A DNA stretch of 62,628 nucleotides, the filler included, from Corallochytrium limacisporum Hawaii (taxonomy: Eukaryota > Protista > Pluriformea), in NCBI GenBank assembly GCA_002811645.1. It is 4 parts of 4 records of this genome, joined end to end, with 100 filler letters (N's around TTAATTAATTAA, not from the genome) between each part and the next. Parts side by side here need not be neighbours in the genome. Positions count along the whole stretch, not along the records: positions 1 to 26,419 come from PDIP01000032.1; 3 more parts are not named here. The stretch is one strand, 5' to 3'. Position numbers and translations under genes: made by a program. Below the pieces are notes generated by a model, which was not told where the DNA came from, did not search any database, and worked only from the letters and a program-made list of their open reading frames with translations. Positions 1 through 9,469 of the stretch are shown here, in pieces. The first letter of the stretch is position 1. Each line of letters begins with the position of its first letter.

Positions 1-1448
1 TGGTTCAAGTCATGGTGGTAATAGATGCTCATATTTAATTTTTTTGTACGACTACGATGTGTTCAATGTCAAGCCAAAGTCAAAATAGTCCATTTTTGAG
101 AGTAGCAGGGACTCTTCGTTTGAATCAGCTATTGAAATATTTTTTTATGATTGTTAAAAAGAGCAAAATATAATGAAATAGAATACAATCAATATAAATT
201 ATTATACAATCAAGATTGAAAAAGATCCTCGGGAGTCAAGTTTTTCGGAGTTTTGACCCTGACATACCAGACAGAGGGTGGTAAAGAAAATCTGTAAGAG
301 AAAAAAAATTTGATTGCTGGTTCCCGTCCATAAAACTGCACTCTCCCCACCCTCCTTGCCCTCGACCAGTCAATGGCTGTCACTCAACGGTCTGCTCCCC
401 GCTTCTCCACCCCCGCACCCCCCCCTTCTCCGGCCTTCCCCATTCTCCCTTTTTCCCTCCTTCCTTTTCGACAATTTCGAACAGTGGTCTTTCACTGGAC
501 ATGTGTAATCTCGGCGAGAAGAGATTCCTTTTGGCTTCGAAAACTGCAGGCCTACTACGCTCATTCTAGGCTCTGTCTCTTGACTTTGTTTGAGACGGAT
601 TTTAGTTCCACCTGCAGCGTCGCCGTAGAGTGTTTTCTTTGGCCTCTGATAGAGGATCATGCTCGATTCCTCGAGCATCGTCAGATCCCGGCATTTGTCA
701 ACGGTACGGTCAATGCCCTAGGGACAAACAAGGGCTAGAAATATCACACCTTCGGGAAGGTCTGATGCTGGATTCTCATCAGGAAAAGATTGTGAGATGG
801 AACACTAAAGTGTTGACCAACCACGACAACCCGTGCAAATACTAGGGAACCTCTCTACCTTTGCTTTCCGCATTTGTCTCCCTTAGATCACGGGGCATGC
901 ACTCAATGTCCCTTTTTCCCTTTCCCTTCTCCCTTCTTCCTTTTTCCCCCTTTCCCCCTCCCCCCTCCTTTTCGCCTTCTTCTTCTCCTTCTCGTTTCTT
1001 CCCCAGACTTTACGCGCATCGGCAGTCCTAAGACAACGTGTTGAGGCCCTCCCTCTTTCTGCCTTTCCCCCCCCCCCCTTTTCTCCTCCTTCAATACGGT
1101 ACATTTATTATAGGATTACACCAGATGAAATGGGAACCCCGTGGAGTGGCAGAAGGGAGAGAAGTGACCCGAGAGAAGGGAGGGAGGGGAGGGGGGGGAA
1201 AGGGCATGACGAAATCAAGTGGTGGTGTGTGGTCGATACAGAATCGTAGCCAGCTCTCCGCCACATACCGCCAATTTGTTGGATACCAAATTTTTTGATA
1301 CGTATTGTACTGCTTGGACTTTGCCATTACTGTCCATATGTTAGATTGCCCTGAATGATTTTGTTTTCCATTGAATATTACGGGATGAGAAAGACGCAAG
1401 CGTTTACTTTCGACATTGATGTGTTTCCATTCCCACATCTGGTAGGTC

Positions 1449-1486
1449 CCGGACATTCCGGACAGTGTCACTGTCAGATACTTAAA
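1449..1486 (+). promoter_or_regulatory. Two adjacent inverted repeats followed by a TATA-like element upstream of the Agd3-like gene
   Basis: CCGGA-cat-TCCGG (1449-1461) and GACAGTG-t-CACTGTC (1461-1475), then GATACTTAAA (1477-1486), about 110 nt before the ATG. Confidence 0.3.
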
Positions 1487-1594
1487 GAAGAACACTTGAG
1501 CGTAGTAAACCAGGTAATCTAAACTAGAACTACAACACATCTCGTGGACTGTACCGGAGAAATATCTGTCCACTGCAGGCAATACAGAACAACC

Positions 1595-4003
1595 ATGCAG
1601 GTTTCCTTCTCCATCGTTCTGGCTCTGTTTGCCAGCGCCGTCAGCGCCGAGAAGCTGATCGACCTCAAGTGTCTGTTCATCACTAGCGAGGGCTTAGACA
1701 GTGATACTCAGGCCTATGAGGGATTCAACTACCAGTTCGACGTTCTCGAGATTCCCTCTACTGGTCTGTCTGGGGATATCGAGCTGTTCCACGGCTGCAC
1801 CGACGGCGATAATTTCCATGCCAAGTACTCTTGCATTGTCAAACAGCCCACCATTTTTGGATTGCCCGATGGCACCTTTGCTGATGTCTTCACCGCTGGT
1901 CAGTACGAGGAACTGTACGAATACCAGCGTCAAACAGGTGCGCGCATGGTCGAACTTGAGGTGTGGCCTTGGAGGCACGGCGGTTCGATCACCCCCAACT
2001 ACGGCACTTTCTCGACTGCCCAACTTAGCTATGATATTTCTGGCATGACCAGGGACAGCCCCATCGATGTGACTCTGGACTACTTCAACGCTGGTGAGGC
2101 CGTACCCGCCGTCTTCGAAACCAACAATATCCAGAGTGTCGAGCCCGTGTGGAGTCTGGATGGTACCAATTATTTCGCTGCCGCCATTATCACCTTTACA
2201 GATGGTCGCCAGGTCTACGAGAGCTTCCACTCTGCTGGAAATCACTGGCGCTGGGAAGCCGCTGCCATGTCGCACGCCTGGAGCCTCTGGGTTACGCAGG
2301 ACACCTACACAGGTAGCCGCCTGATCAACATCAACACCCAGATTGATGACCATTTCCTCTCCTCTCCCGTCTACCGTACCAATGCCGATGAATCTTACGA
2401 TCGCCGCATTACCGCCCGCGACATGCAGCAACATATCCGCTGGATGAACGCGATGCCTAGAACCGATGATTACCGCACTGAATTGGTCTTCAATGGTAAC
2501 GGTGCAGCCATTAAGTATGGACAGGACTACATTGACACCACCGAAGAGGAGTTTGATCTCGCATGGGCCTACGGCAACACCCCGAAGGACTGGCGCAAGC
2601 CCCTGACTGAGGGCTACAATGATGACACTTGGCCCACTAACTACACCTCGCCCGATGTTGAGGACCTGCTTTCTAAGGATGGCCTACTGCGCAAGTCCTT
2701 CAGGAGGTTCCACAAGTTCTACTGGGTGTCTCATACCTATTCCCATTTGGCATTGAACAACATTTCTTACTATGATGCCTACGGTGAGGTCGCAGCCAAT
2801 GCCGAGTTGATTGACGACTTGTTTGCCGGTGCCATTCCAGATAACTTTAGCCCGTACGGTATCGTCTCTGGTCAGATCTCTGGTTTGTTCAACGGTGACA
2901 ACCTGCGAGCCTGGGACGACAATGGCCTTATGTACGCTGTTGGTGACAACTCCTACGGTGAAATGCTTCGGCCCAACGGTATCCATCGTGGTTTCTACAC
3001 TTCCAACGAGCGGAACGGCCACGCCGGTATCTACGTTATGCCCCGTCACGCCACCAACATCTTCTTCCCCTGCGATACCATCGCTTCTGAAGAGGCTCTG
3101 TGGAATGAATTGTACCTTGGTGTCTACTTTGACCGGTACTACTATATCGATGATATCCTTGCCTTCGAGTCCGACGCGGCCGCCATGAACACCATGGAGG
3201 GCCGTCGTGATGCTTACATGTTCCACCAGGTTAATATGGTTATCGAAGAGGATGGCAAGTCCTTGCTGATCCGCTGGGTCGATGCCGTCATTGCCAAGCT
3301 CCGCACGGTCTTCACTCTCCCTGTTGTGACCTACAAACACGATAAGCTTGCCCAAGATTTCATCTTCCGCGACAACCAGTTTGCCTGTGCCCCCACGGTG
3401 ACCATGGTCATTGGAGACAATGGTGAGGTCACTGCCGTAGAGACTGGCTCCAGCACCGGAACCTGTGAGTTTGAAGTTACAGGATTCTCTTCTATCTCTG
3501 GCGCCCGCTCTAGTCGCACCTATGGTCCCGACAAGGTGCACAACCTGCACACTGGTGATGGCCGTGCCAGTGTCAGTGGCGGCCCCGTTTTGGCCGGTTC
3601 ACTGACAGAGTGCCCTGCCCGTGAGGAAACCACCCGCCGTGAAGTGACGGAAAACGTTGCCAAGTCAGGCAAACGCAAGATCAAAAAGCAGCAGCGGCAG
3701 GAAAGCAGTGGCTGTGCTAAGCCAGATGATAGCGAGATCGAAAACAATGACGAAGTCTGTGCTCCCGCCCCTGCTAAGAAGCCGGCTAACCTTGTCACTG
3801 ACCCTCAGATCCCCAACGAAGATCGTCAGCGTCGTCGCTACTACCGGAAGCTGCGTAAGCAGCAGAGGAAGCAGGACAAGGCTTCTGAGCAGGTCGATTG
3901 CAACCAGGTTTACTGCGACTCTGAGCTTAATACGAAGGCCGCAAGAAAGGCTGCCAAGAATACCCGCGATGCTGAGGTCAACAGCTGGAGCCTCGCATTC
4001 TAA
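1595..4003 (+). CDS. Secreted Agd3-like (CE18) polysaccharide deacetylase with a basic, Cys-containing C-terminal tail
   Basis: The ATG at 1595 begins a signal peptide (MQVSFSIVLALFASAVSA). Motifs NTQIDDHFL, WVSHTYSH, GLFNGDNLRAW, VGDNS, MPRHATNIFF and YMFHQ occur in the order and spacing recalled for Aspergillus Agd3. The ORF-track start at 1544 is not an ATG. Confidence 0.8.
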   Translation: MQVSFSIVLALFASAVSAEKLIDLKCLFITSEGLDSDTQAYEGFNYQFDVLEIPSTGLSGDIELFHGCTDGDNFHAKYSCIVKQPTIFGLPDGTFADVFTAGQYEELYEYQRQTGARMVELEVWPWRHGGSITPNYGTFSTAQLSYDISGMTRDSPIDVTLDYFNAGEAVPAVFETNNIQSVEPVWSLDGTNYFAAAIITFTDGRQVYESFHSAGNHWRWEAAAMSHAWSLWVTQDTYTGSRLININTQIDDHFLSSPVYRTNADESYDRRITARDMQQHIRWMNAMPRTDDYRTELVFNGNGAAIKYGQDYIDTTEEEFDLAWAYGNTPKDWRKPLTEGYNDDTWPTNYTSPDVEDLLSKDGLLRKSFRRFHKFYWVSHTYSHLALNNISYYDAYGEVAANAELIDDLFAGAIPDNFSPYGIVSGQISGLFNGDNLRAWDDNGLMYAVGDNSYGEMLRPNGIHRGFYTSNERNGHAGIYVMPRHATNIFFPCDTIASEEALWNELYLGVYFDRYYYIDDILAFESDAAAMNTMEGRRDAYMFHQVNMVIEEDGKSLLIRWVDAVIAKLRTVFTLPVVTYKHDKLAQDFIFRDNQFACAPTVTMVIGDNGEVTAVETGSSTGTCEFEVTGFSSISGARSSRTYGPDKVHNLHTGDGRASVSGGPVLAGSLTECPAREETTRREVTENVAKSGKRKIKKQQRQESSGCAKPDDSEIENNDEVCAPAPAKKPANLVTDPQIPNEDRQRRRYYRKLRKQQRKQDKASEQVDCNQVYCDSELNTKAARKAAKNTRDAEVNSWSLAF

Positions 4004-4059
4004 ACTTACCAGCTTTGCTTCCCTGCTGGTCATGGGAGGCCCTTATTTGTAACATAAGC

Positions 4060-4090
<31 letters not shown>
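4060..4090. repeat. (AT)n(GA)n microsatellite
   Basis: Read directly from the sequence. Confidence 0.9.
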
Positions 4091-4657
4091 TTCTTTTTAC
4101 ATTTTCTTTTTGAAAATCCTTGTATGTTTTACTTCTACGACTTTTTGCATTTCGACATTTGAAGGTTTCCAGGCATACAGGTACATAATGATACACACTG
4201 AACGGCCTCACCTATCGACGAGCCAAGTTTTCGCCTACCCCCATTTTTGTGTACGGTGGTACCCATTTCTTGTATCGCGGCTCTTTCTTGCTAATAGAAA
4301 CTAAAATAACAAAGGGGTCGGTTATTACAGTTGAAAAGACATATAATGGAATAGATTAACTAGGTTTCCAGTGTATTCAGCGTTTTGCTCTCGCCAATTT
4401 ACGGTAACGAGAGGTTCAGTGTGACAGAAGTCCAAAGCTCCCTGACAGCCACTGAGTGTAGGAACCATAGTGGGGGTTCAGTGTACTGAGTGCACTTGAT
4501 GGTTGGGGTTTGAGAATAAAAAAAGGCCGGGGGTGGGAAGGATATACCACGATTAGTTCGGAAGCCGCCGCACACACTGTCAAAGCAATGCGACGCGAAG
4601 TTTCGAAAACGCGGTTGCGTGGGGAGGGCGGTTGGCTTCGGTGCGCGATCCGCTTCC

Positions 4658-7471
4658 TTACTGCTGCTTACTCGTACGTTCCAGGATCAGCGCCTCTGCG
4701 AGAGGCATGCGCGGCGCGTCTTTGTTCAGGTCGAGGGTGAAAGCCCCCTTCTCTTCGCGGACGGTGCGGTTATGCTGGCTACGAAATGGTTCAGCGTGCA
4801 GTTGTTGCTTCTGCTCAGATGGAGTCAGGATCTCTTCTCGTTCCTTCGGGTCTACAAGATATGAAGAGGCAATGTCAGAGTGAGCATCATGAGCGGTGGC
4901 GAAGGTCGATTCCGTGCGCACGCTGGGCAGAGAACGGCGACGGCGGCGCTTAGAAGGCGCGGTGGGAGCGTCAAAGTCTAACGGTGGGTCTGTAGGCGTC
5001 AATCGAATGTCGTCAAAGAGCACCTCGCCTGTGTGTTTGCGGAAGAGACAGTAGACGGAGACCTCTTGGATATTCTGAGACTCACTGACGGTCGTCGATT
5101 TGAACTGCCAGTCATGGGAGCCACGGCTAAAAGACGCAAACTTTCCCCAGTCCCAGCTTCCGTCCTCCAGCTGTACATCCGCGTAGATGGAGTACTCAAA
5201 GTCCGTACCAGATGCTTGAATAGCATTGACTGCGCGGCTCCATCCGCTCAGTTCAAAGGACTTCATGGGGAATGGCGGACGCACGGATTGCACCATAGCG
5301 AGGTCGTTACCACCAGTGTCGCTGGCCATTCGTGCTGTGAATGATCCCTCCAGAGCACGGGTAATGTCTTCTTCGGGCCTCCAGCCACTGTCGAAGACAG
5401 GGCGGTTCCAGCCGTTCCAGCCAAGCTCAAAGCCAGGATTGGCAATGAGGTTGAAATCGAGGCCGACGAGGTAGAACTCATCAAAGTAGACGACACCACT
5501 TTTCTGTTTCATGAAGGCATACGCCTCAATGGAAGAAAGAACCTCATCATAGCTGCGCTCGAGAGTAATTCGAGTCCAGTCATAGGTACCGGTCGGGCAA
5601 GGCGAGAAGCTAATGGCCTCCCGGCCGCTCACAAAGGTTGCCACGACTGTGATACTGCAATACTGATTCTGTTCACCACTGAGGTTAGAACCCTTCACCT
5701 GAGCCGTGGCAAAGAAGCCACGGACATTAAGTTCCGGCTTCCACACAGCCTGGGCCACGCCGTGGAAAGAGGACTGTCCTCCGCTATTATCGAAGCGTAG
5801 CGAATGGCTGCCCTCGAAGGCCTCCGTAGTGACCACGTCGAAGCCGTCGTGCAGTGCGGTCCACCCGCTGGCTCCGTTTTCAAAGCCTGGGTCGGCAATA
5901 ACATTGTCGGAGGGGTCGAAATCATCTCCGGAGTCGCTGCTGCCCGTCAGTCGGTACTCCAGTTGCGCCTCGAACAATGACTTAGGCAAGACCGGGGCAC
6001 CAAGGGACTCAACATAGCCTTCGCTTCCCTCTCTGTAGGTGATTTTCTTGCCCCCTGTGTCATGCACCCCGACCAGTAGGGGTTTGTAAAACTCATTTCC
6101 GGGACGTGGAGACGCCTGGTTCATCCAAAAATCGTAGTACCGATCACCGCTGGAACGGTGAGCAAAGTTCCAAAACACAAAGTCATGACCATGGTGTGGA
6201 TATCCCTCAATGGGGCCACCGCTACCCCAAAGGTACCCGCCCTGAGTGTCATCGAGCAGGGAAGTATAAGGAACTCCTGAGTGACTATCAATGCGCTGAT
6301 CTAGGTTCATCTTAGATCGTACGTAGACAGTGCCAGCACCCGAATATCCGAGGCCAGGTCCGTGGTGATGGCTTGCCTCATCAACCACGTCCTTGAATAG
6401 CACGCCGTTGCCACGGCGCGCGTGGGTTGACATGTGGCCCTTCTTGCCGGTCAAGTACAAGTTCTGGACGGTGACCCAACTACTCGAGGATGTGTAGAAG
6501 CCCTGGTTCACGTTCGTGATTTCAATATCACGGGCCCAGCTATGAACTGTATCCCAATAGCCAATGCCGTTCCAGCCATAATCGTGGAGGGCGTTGAGGT
6601 GGTGGTAAAAGTCTTCGTTAACTGAGTCCCAGCGGCCTTTAATGGTCAAGCTCTCAACACCAATGCCAGTCAAGGGGGTCCAGGTGATGATTTTGAATTC
6701 GCCAGTATTCAAGATTAGGTCGATCATCAAAGGTTCGTAGAAACAGACCGTGTTGGTGTTACCATCAATAGAGTCGATGGTGTGAGGCTCTTTGATCAAT
6801 AGCCCGTCGTTGTGGAGTCGGGAGTACGCGCTTGTCACCGTGGTGTCATAAAAGTAATACGGGAGGTAAGCGGCAGATTGGTAGTTCACACGCACAACCT
6901 GACCCTCACTCAGACTGCCCGTTGAGGCGACCTTTACGCACTTTTCTCCTTGCTTTGCGTCCTGAGTGATGGTGGTGATGGTGCTCCCACCACTACCCCA
7001 AGGGGTTGCCCTAATGGTGTACCCGTTGGGGTCGTCCACATTCGTGTACTGCACGATGGTTGTCACACCCATGCCTTGACCTCTGAGTACAACGTTGCTG
7101 CCACGAATCCAGATGGCCTCGTTCGGATCAGTGGTCTGACTCACTGTGTACTCGCCCGCGCTGAACATGACCACACCACCACCAGCATTTACGGCCGCGT
7201 CGATAGCAGCCTGAATGGCTGGGCCGTCGTACCCTCCGTCGTTGGGGACGGCTCCGTAGTCATCGACGTTGAAGACGGGCCCAGTGACGGTGGGGATTGG
7301 TTCCTCACTCCACTTGTACCCCGCATAGCTGAAATCTGGCAGCCGCGGAATCCGTCCTGCATCCATGTCACTGACATAGTCCTGCCAAATCTGGGCAACT
7401 TCCTGAGCATTTGTTACTGATACCACAAGGGCTGTGGACATCACTGCGACTGCTCTCCAAGAAGAAGTCAT
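4658..7471 (-). CDS. Secreted beta-helix (pectate-lyase-superfamily/DUF4955-like) carbohydrate-active protein with two CBM4/9-like modules
   Basis: Signal peptide. LPDFSYAGY...FNVDDYGAVPNDG...AIQAAIDAA...GGGVV is a pectate_lyase_3-type N-terminus, and PKSLFEAQL closes the domain as in Bacteroidetes DUF4955 proteins. Two N(V/L)IA(D/N)PGFE..W modules are typical of CBM4/9. KRRRRR precedes the C-terminal tail. Confidence 0.75.
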   Translation of the reverse strand: MTSSWRAVAVMSTALVVSVTNAQEVAQIWQDYVSDMDAGRIPRLPDFSYAGYKWSEEPIPTVTGPVFNVDDYGAVPNDGGYDGPAIQAAIDAAVNAGGGVVMFSAGEYTVSQTTDPNEAIWIRGSNVVLRGQGMGVTTIVQYTNVDDPNGYTIRATPWGSGGSTITTITQDAKQGEKCVKVASTGSLSEGQVVRVNYQSAAYLPYYFYDTTVTSAYSRLHNDGLLIKEPHTIDSIDGNTNTVCFYEPLMIDLILNTGEFKIITWTPLTGIGVESLTIKGRWDSVNEDFYHHLNALHDYGWNGIGYWDTVHSWARDIEITNVNQGFYTSSSSWVTVQNLYLTGKKGHMSTHARRGNGVLFKDVVDEASHHHGPGLGYSGAGTVYVRSKMNLDQRIDSHSGVPYTSLLDDTQGGYLWGSGGPIEGYPHHGHDFVFWNFAHRSSGDRYYDFWMNQASPRPGNEFYKPLLVGVHDTGGKKITYREGSEGYVESLGAPVLPKSLFEAQLEYRLTGSSDSGDDFDPSDNVIADPGFENGASGWTALHDGFDVVTTEAFEGSHSLRFDNSGGQSSFHGVAQAVWKPELNVRGFFATAQVKGSNLSGEQNQYCSITVVATFVSGREAISFSPCPTGTYDWTRITLERSYDEVLSSIEAYAFMKQKSGVVYFDEFYLVGLDFNLIANPGFELGWNGWNRPVFDSGWRPEEDITRALEGSFTARMASDTGGNDLAMVQSVRPPFPMKSFELSGWSRAVNAIQASGTDFEYSIYADVQLEDGSWDWGKFASFSRGSHDWQFKSTTVSESQNIQEVSVYCLFRKHTGEVLFDDIRLTPTDPPLDFDAPTAPSKRRRRRSLPSVRTESTFATAHDAHSDIASSYLVDPKEREEILTPSEQKQQLHAEPFRSQHNRTVREEKGAFTLDLNKDAPRMPLAEALILERTSKQQ

Positions 7472-7531
7472 AGTTCTCTGTCGGCGAGTTCTATGTGCTT
7501 TTCCTTCCCTGTTTCCTGTCTGTCGCGCTCA

Positions 7532-7535
<4 letters not shown>

Positions 7536-7594
<59 letters not shown>

Positions 7595-7645
7595 NNNNNN
7601 NNNNNNNNNNNNNNNNNNNNNNNNNNNNNNNNNNNNNNNNNNNNN

Positions 7646-7714
<69 letters not shown>
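7536..7714. repeat. (CT)n/(GA)n microsatellite spanning an assembly gap
   Basis: Read directly; N gap at 7595-7645. Confidence 0.95.
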
Positions 7715-7724
<10 letters not shown>

Positions 7725-9469
7725 TTCTCTCTCGTTTGCAAATAAGGTCTTCTAGCAGATCCTCTTTCCAAGAAGCGTTCTCAAATAAAATGCACTGGTA
7801 TAAGCACGGTCTATGAATGCAATCTGTTGGCAAGGAACCAGCCCTTGCGATCTATACACACTTAGAGGGTCCACAACAGTTTAACTTACCTGAAACGATT
7901 GGTAAGCTTTCATAGCCTTTTCCTCAAGGCACAGCTACACAAGTAGAACCATAACAAAGCGTAGCATTGCTCATGTCACAAAGTGTGTGACTTTCGCCAT
8001 CCCTTGCGAGCTTACATCCCTCGAGCCCCTCGAAGGGACACTGCACTCTGATTTTGTAAGAGCCAGACCCATAGTAGCCAAAGCCAATGCGAAGCTTGAT
8101 AACATCGCCTGGAAAGAAAGAAAAAAAAAAAATTGGGAGGGCCACAATCACCCTGGGTGAAACCAGGATGACGGGTGAGATGCCGCAGAAGGGACAGACC
8201 CGCTTGCGGGTAGTCCTCGCGTCCTTGGCTGCCCCGCTGGCAGCGGGGCTGGAGAATGGAGACGCGAGGGATTTATTTGGGAGAGAAGGGGAGGGGAAAG
8301 GGGAACAGGGGCATTTAAAAAGCAAACGGGGACTTTTTATTGAAACAGCTTGCGACTTTGCGAGGACTGAGGTTCTCCAGAAATCTTGTCCTGGGCCCCT
8401 TCATCTTTACATAGTAAATATATGATACAAATAGACCCCAGCCTGGGCGCGGCGGGTACGCTGGACGGGAAAAAGGTAAAGGGCAGGAGCAGCGGAGAAG
8501 AAAAGTGGGAAGTGGCCTCCGTGAGTTGGAGTGAGTCGCGTTGGTGTGCGTTGAGATTTTTGGGCAGGGGGGGAGACGCGGCTTGTAACAAGGGGCGCAA
8601 GAGAGAACAACGGGGACGCAAGCCGTGACGGACCGAATCCTGTGCTTCCCGCTTCTCCTCTCCCCTACGCCCTTCCCCCGCCCCTTACCTTACCAACCGT
8701 ACTCAGCGTTCGCCGATTGGTTAGAGAAATGTAGACATACGGAAAACTTTGTAAAAGCTACACCGGAAGTGGTAAGGTGATATTAAAAATATAGTATTGT
8801 TGATAATAAAATATACTTACATTGTGAAAATTGAAGAGTAAGGAGGATCTCTGTTGTCAGGGACGACCATTGGTTGGCGGCCGAAAGGAGGTTGGAATAG
8901 AGATCAGAGAAGCTTAGAGGAGGACTTTTGGTGTATGACTACTTGGACATGACTTCGCGACCATGAATCACCACGCACCTTCTCATTGTCCTGGCTTCCA
9001 GAAATTAAAACTAGTGGCTGATAATGCTTCTTGACCGTCTTGTGTCTGTATTTGTGTGTTGTGTGCTGAAATCACTACTGCAGAAGAGGCCGTGTGGAGC
9101 GGAGCTACGATTGGCTAGCTGACTGCTTGTTCATTGTTCAAACTGGCTGTTGACGATATGTTAGTGGGGATAAGGAGTGGAGGTGTCCAATGAGTTGTTA
9201 TTCGATACGCGGAACGAAGCAGGTGTGATGGGAAAACAGAGCCAGCTGCTGTGTGGGCCCATTGACTGGGGTATGTAATGTCATTCTTCAGGAACTCTGG
9301 CTGATATCCAGGTTGGATACGTTAGGTTGGGACGTCACAATTACAAGGCATTACATATGTGGCAGTTATAGTTGTATGGATGGTGATCACCATGTCTGTC
9401 CCTCTCTTCTTTAACTCTTCCTACTGTGAATGTATTCTGGCTTCATTCTTGCTGGCCATCTCTAGCCAT

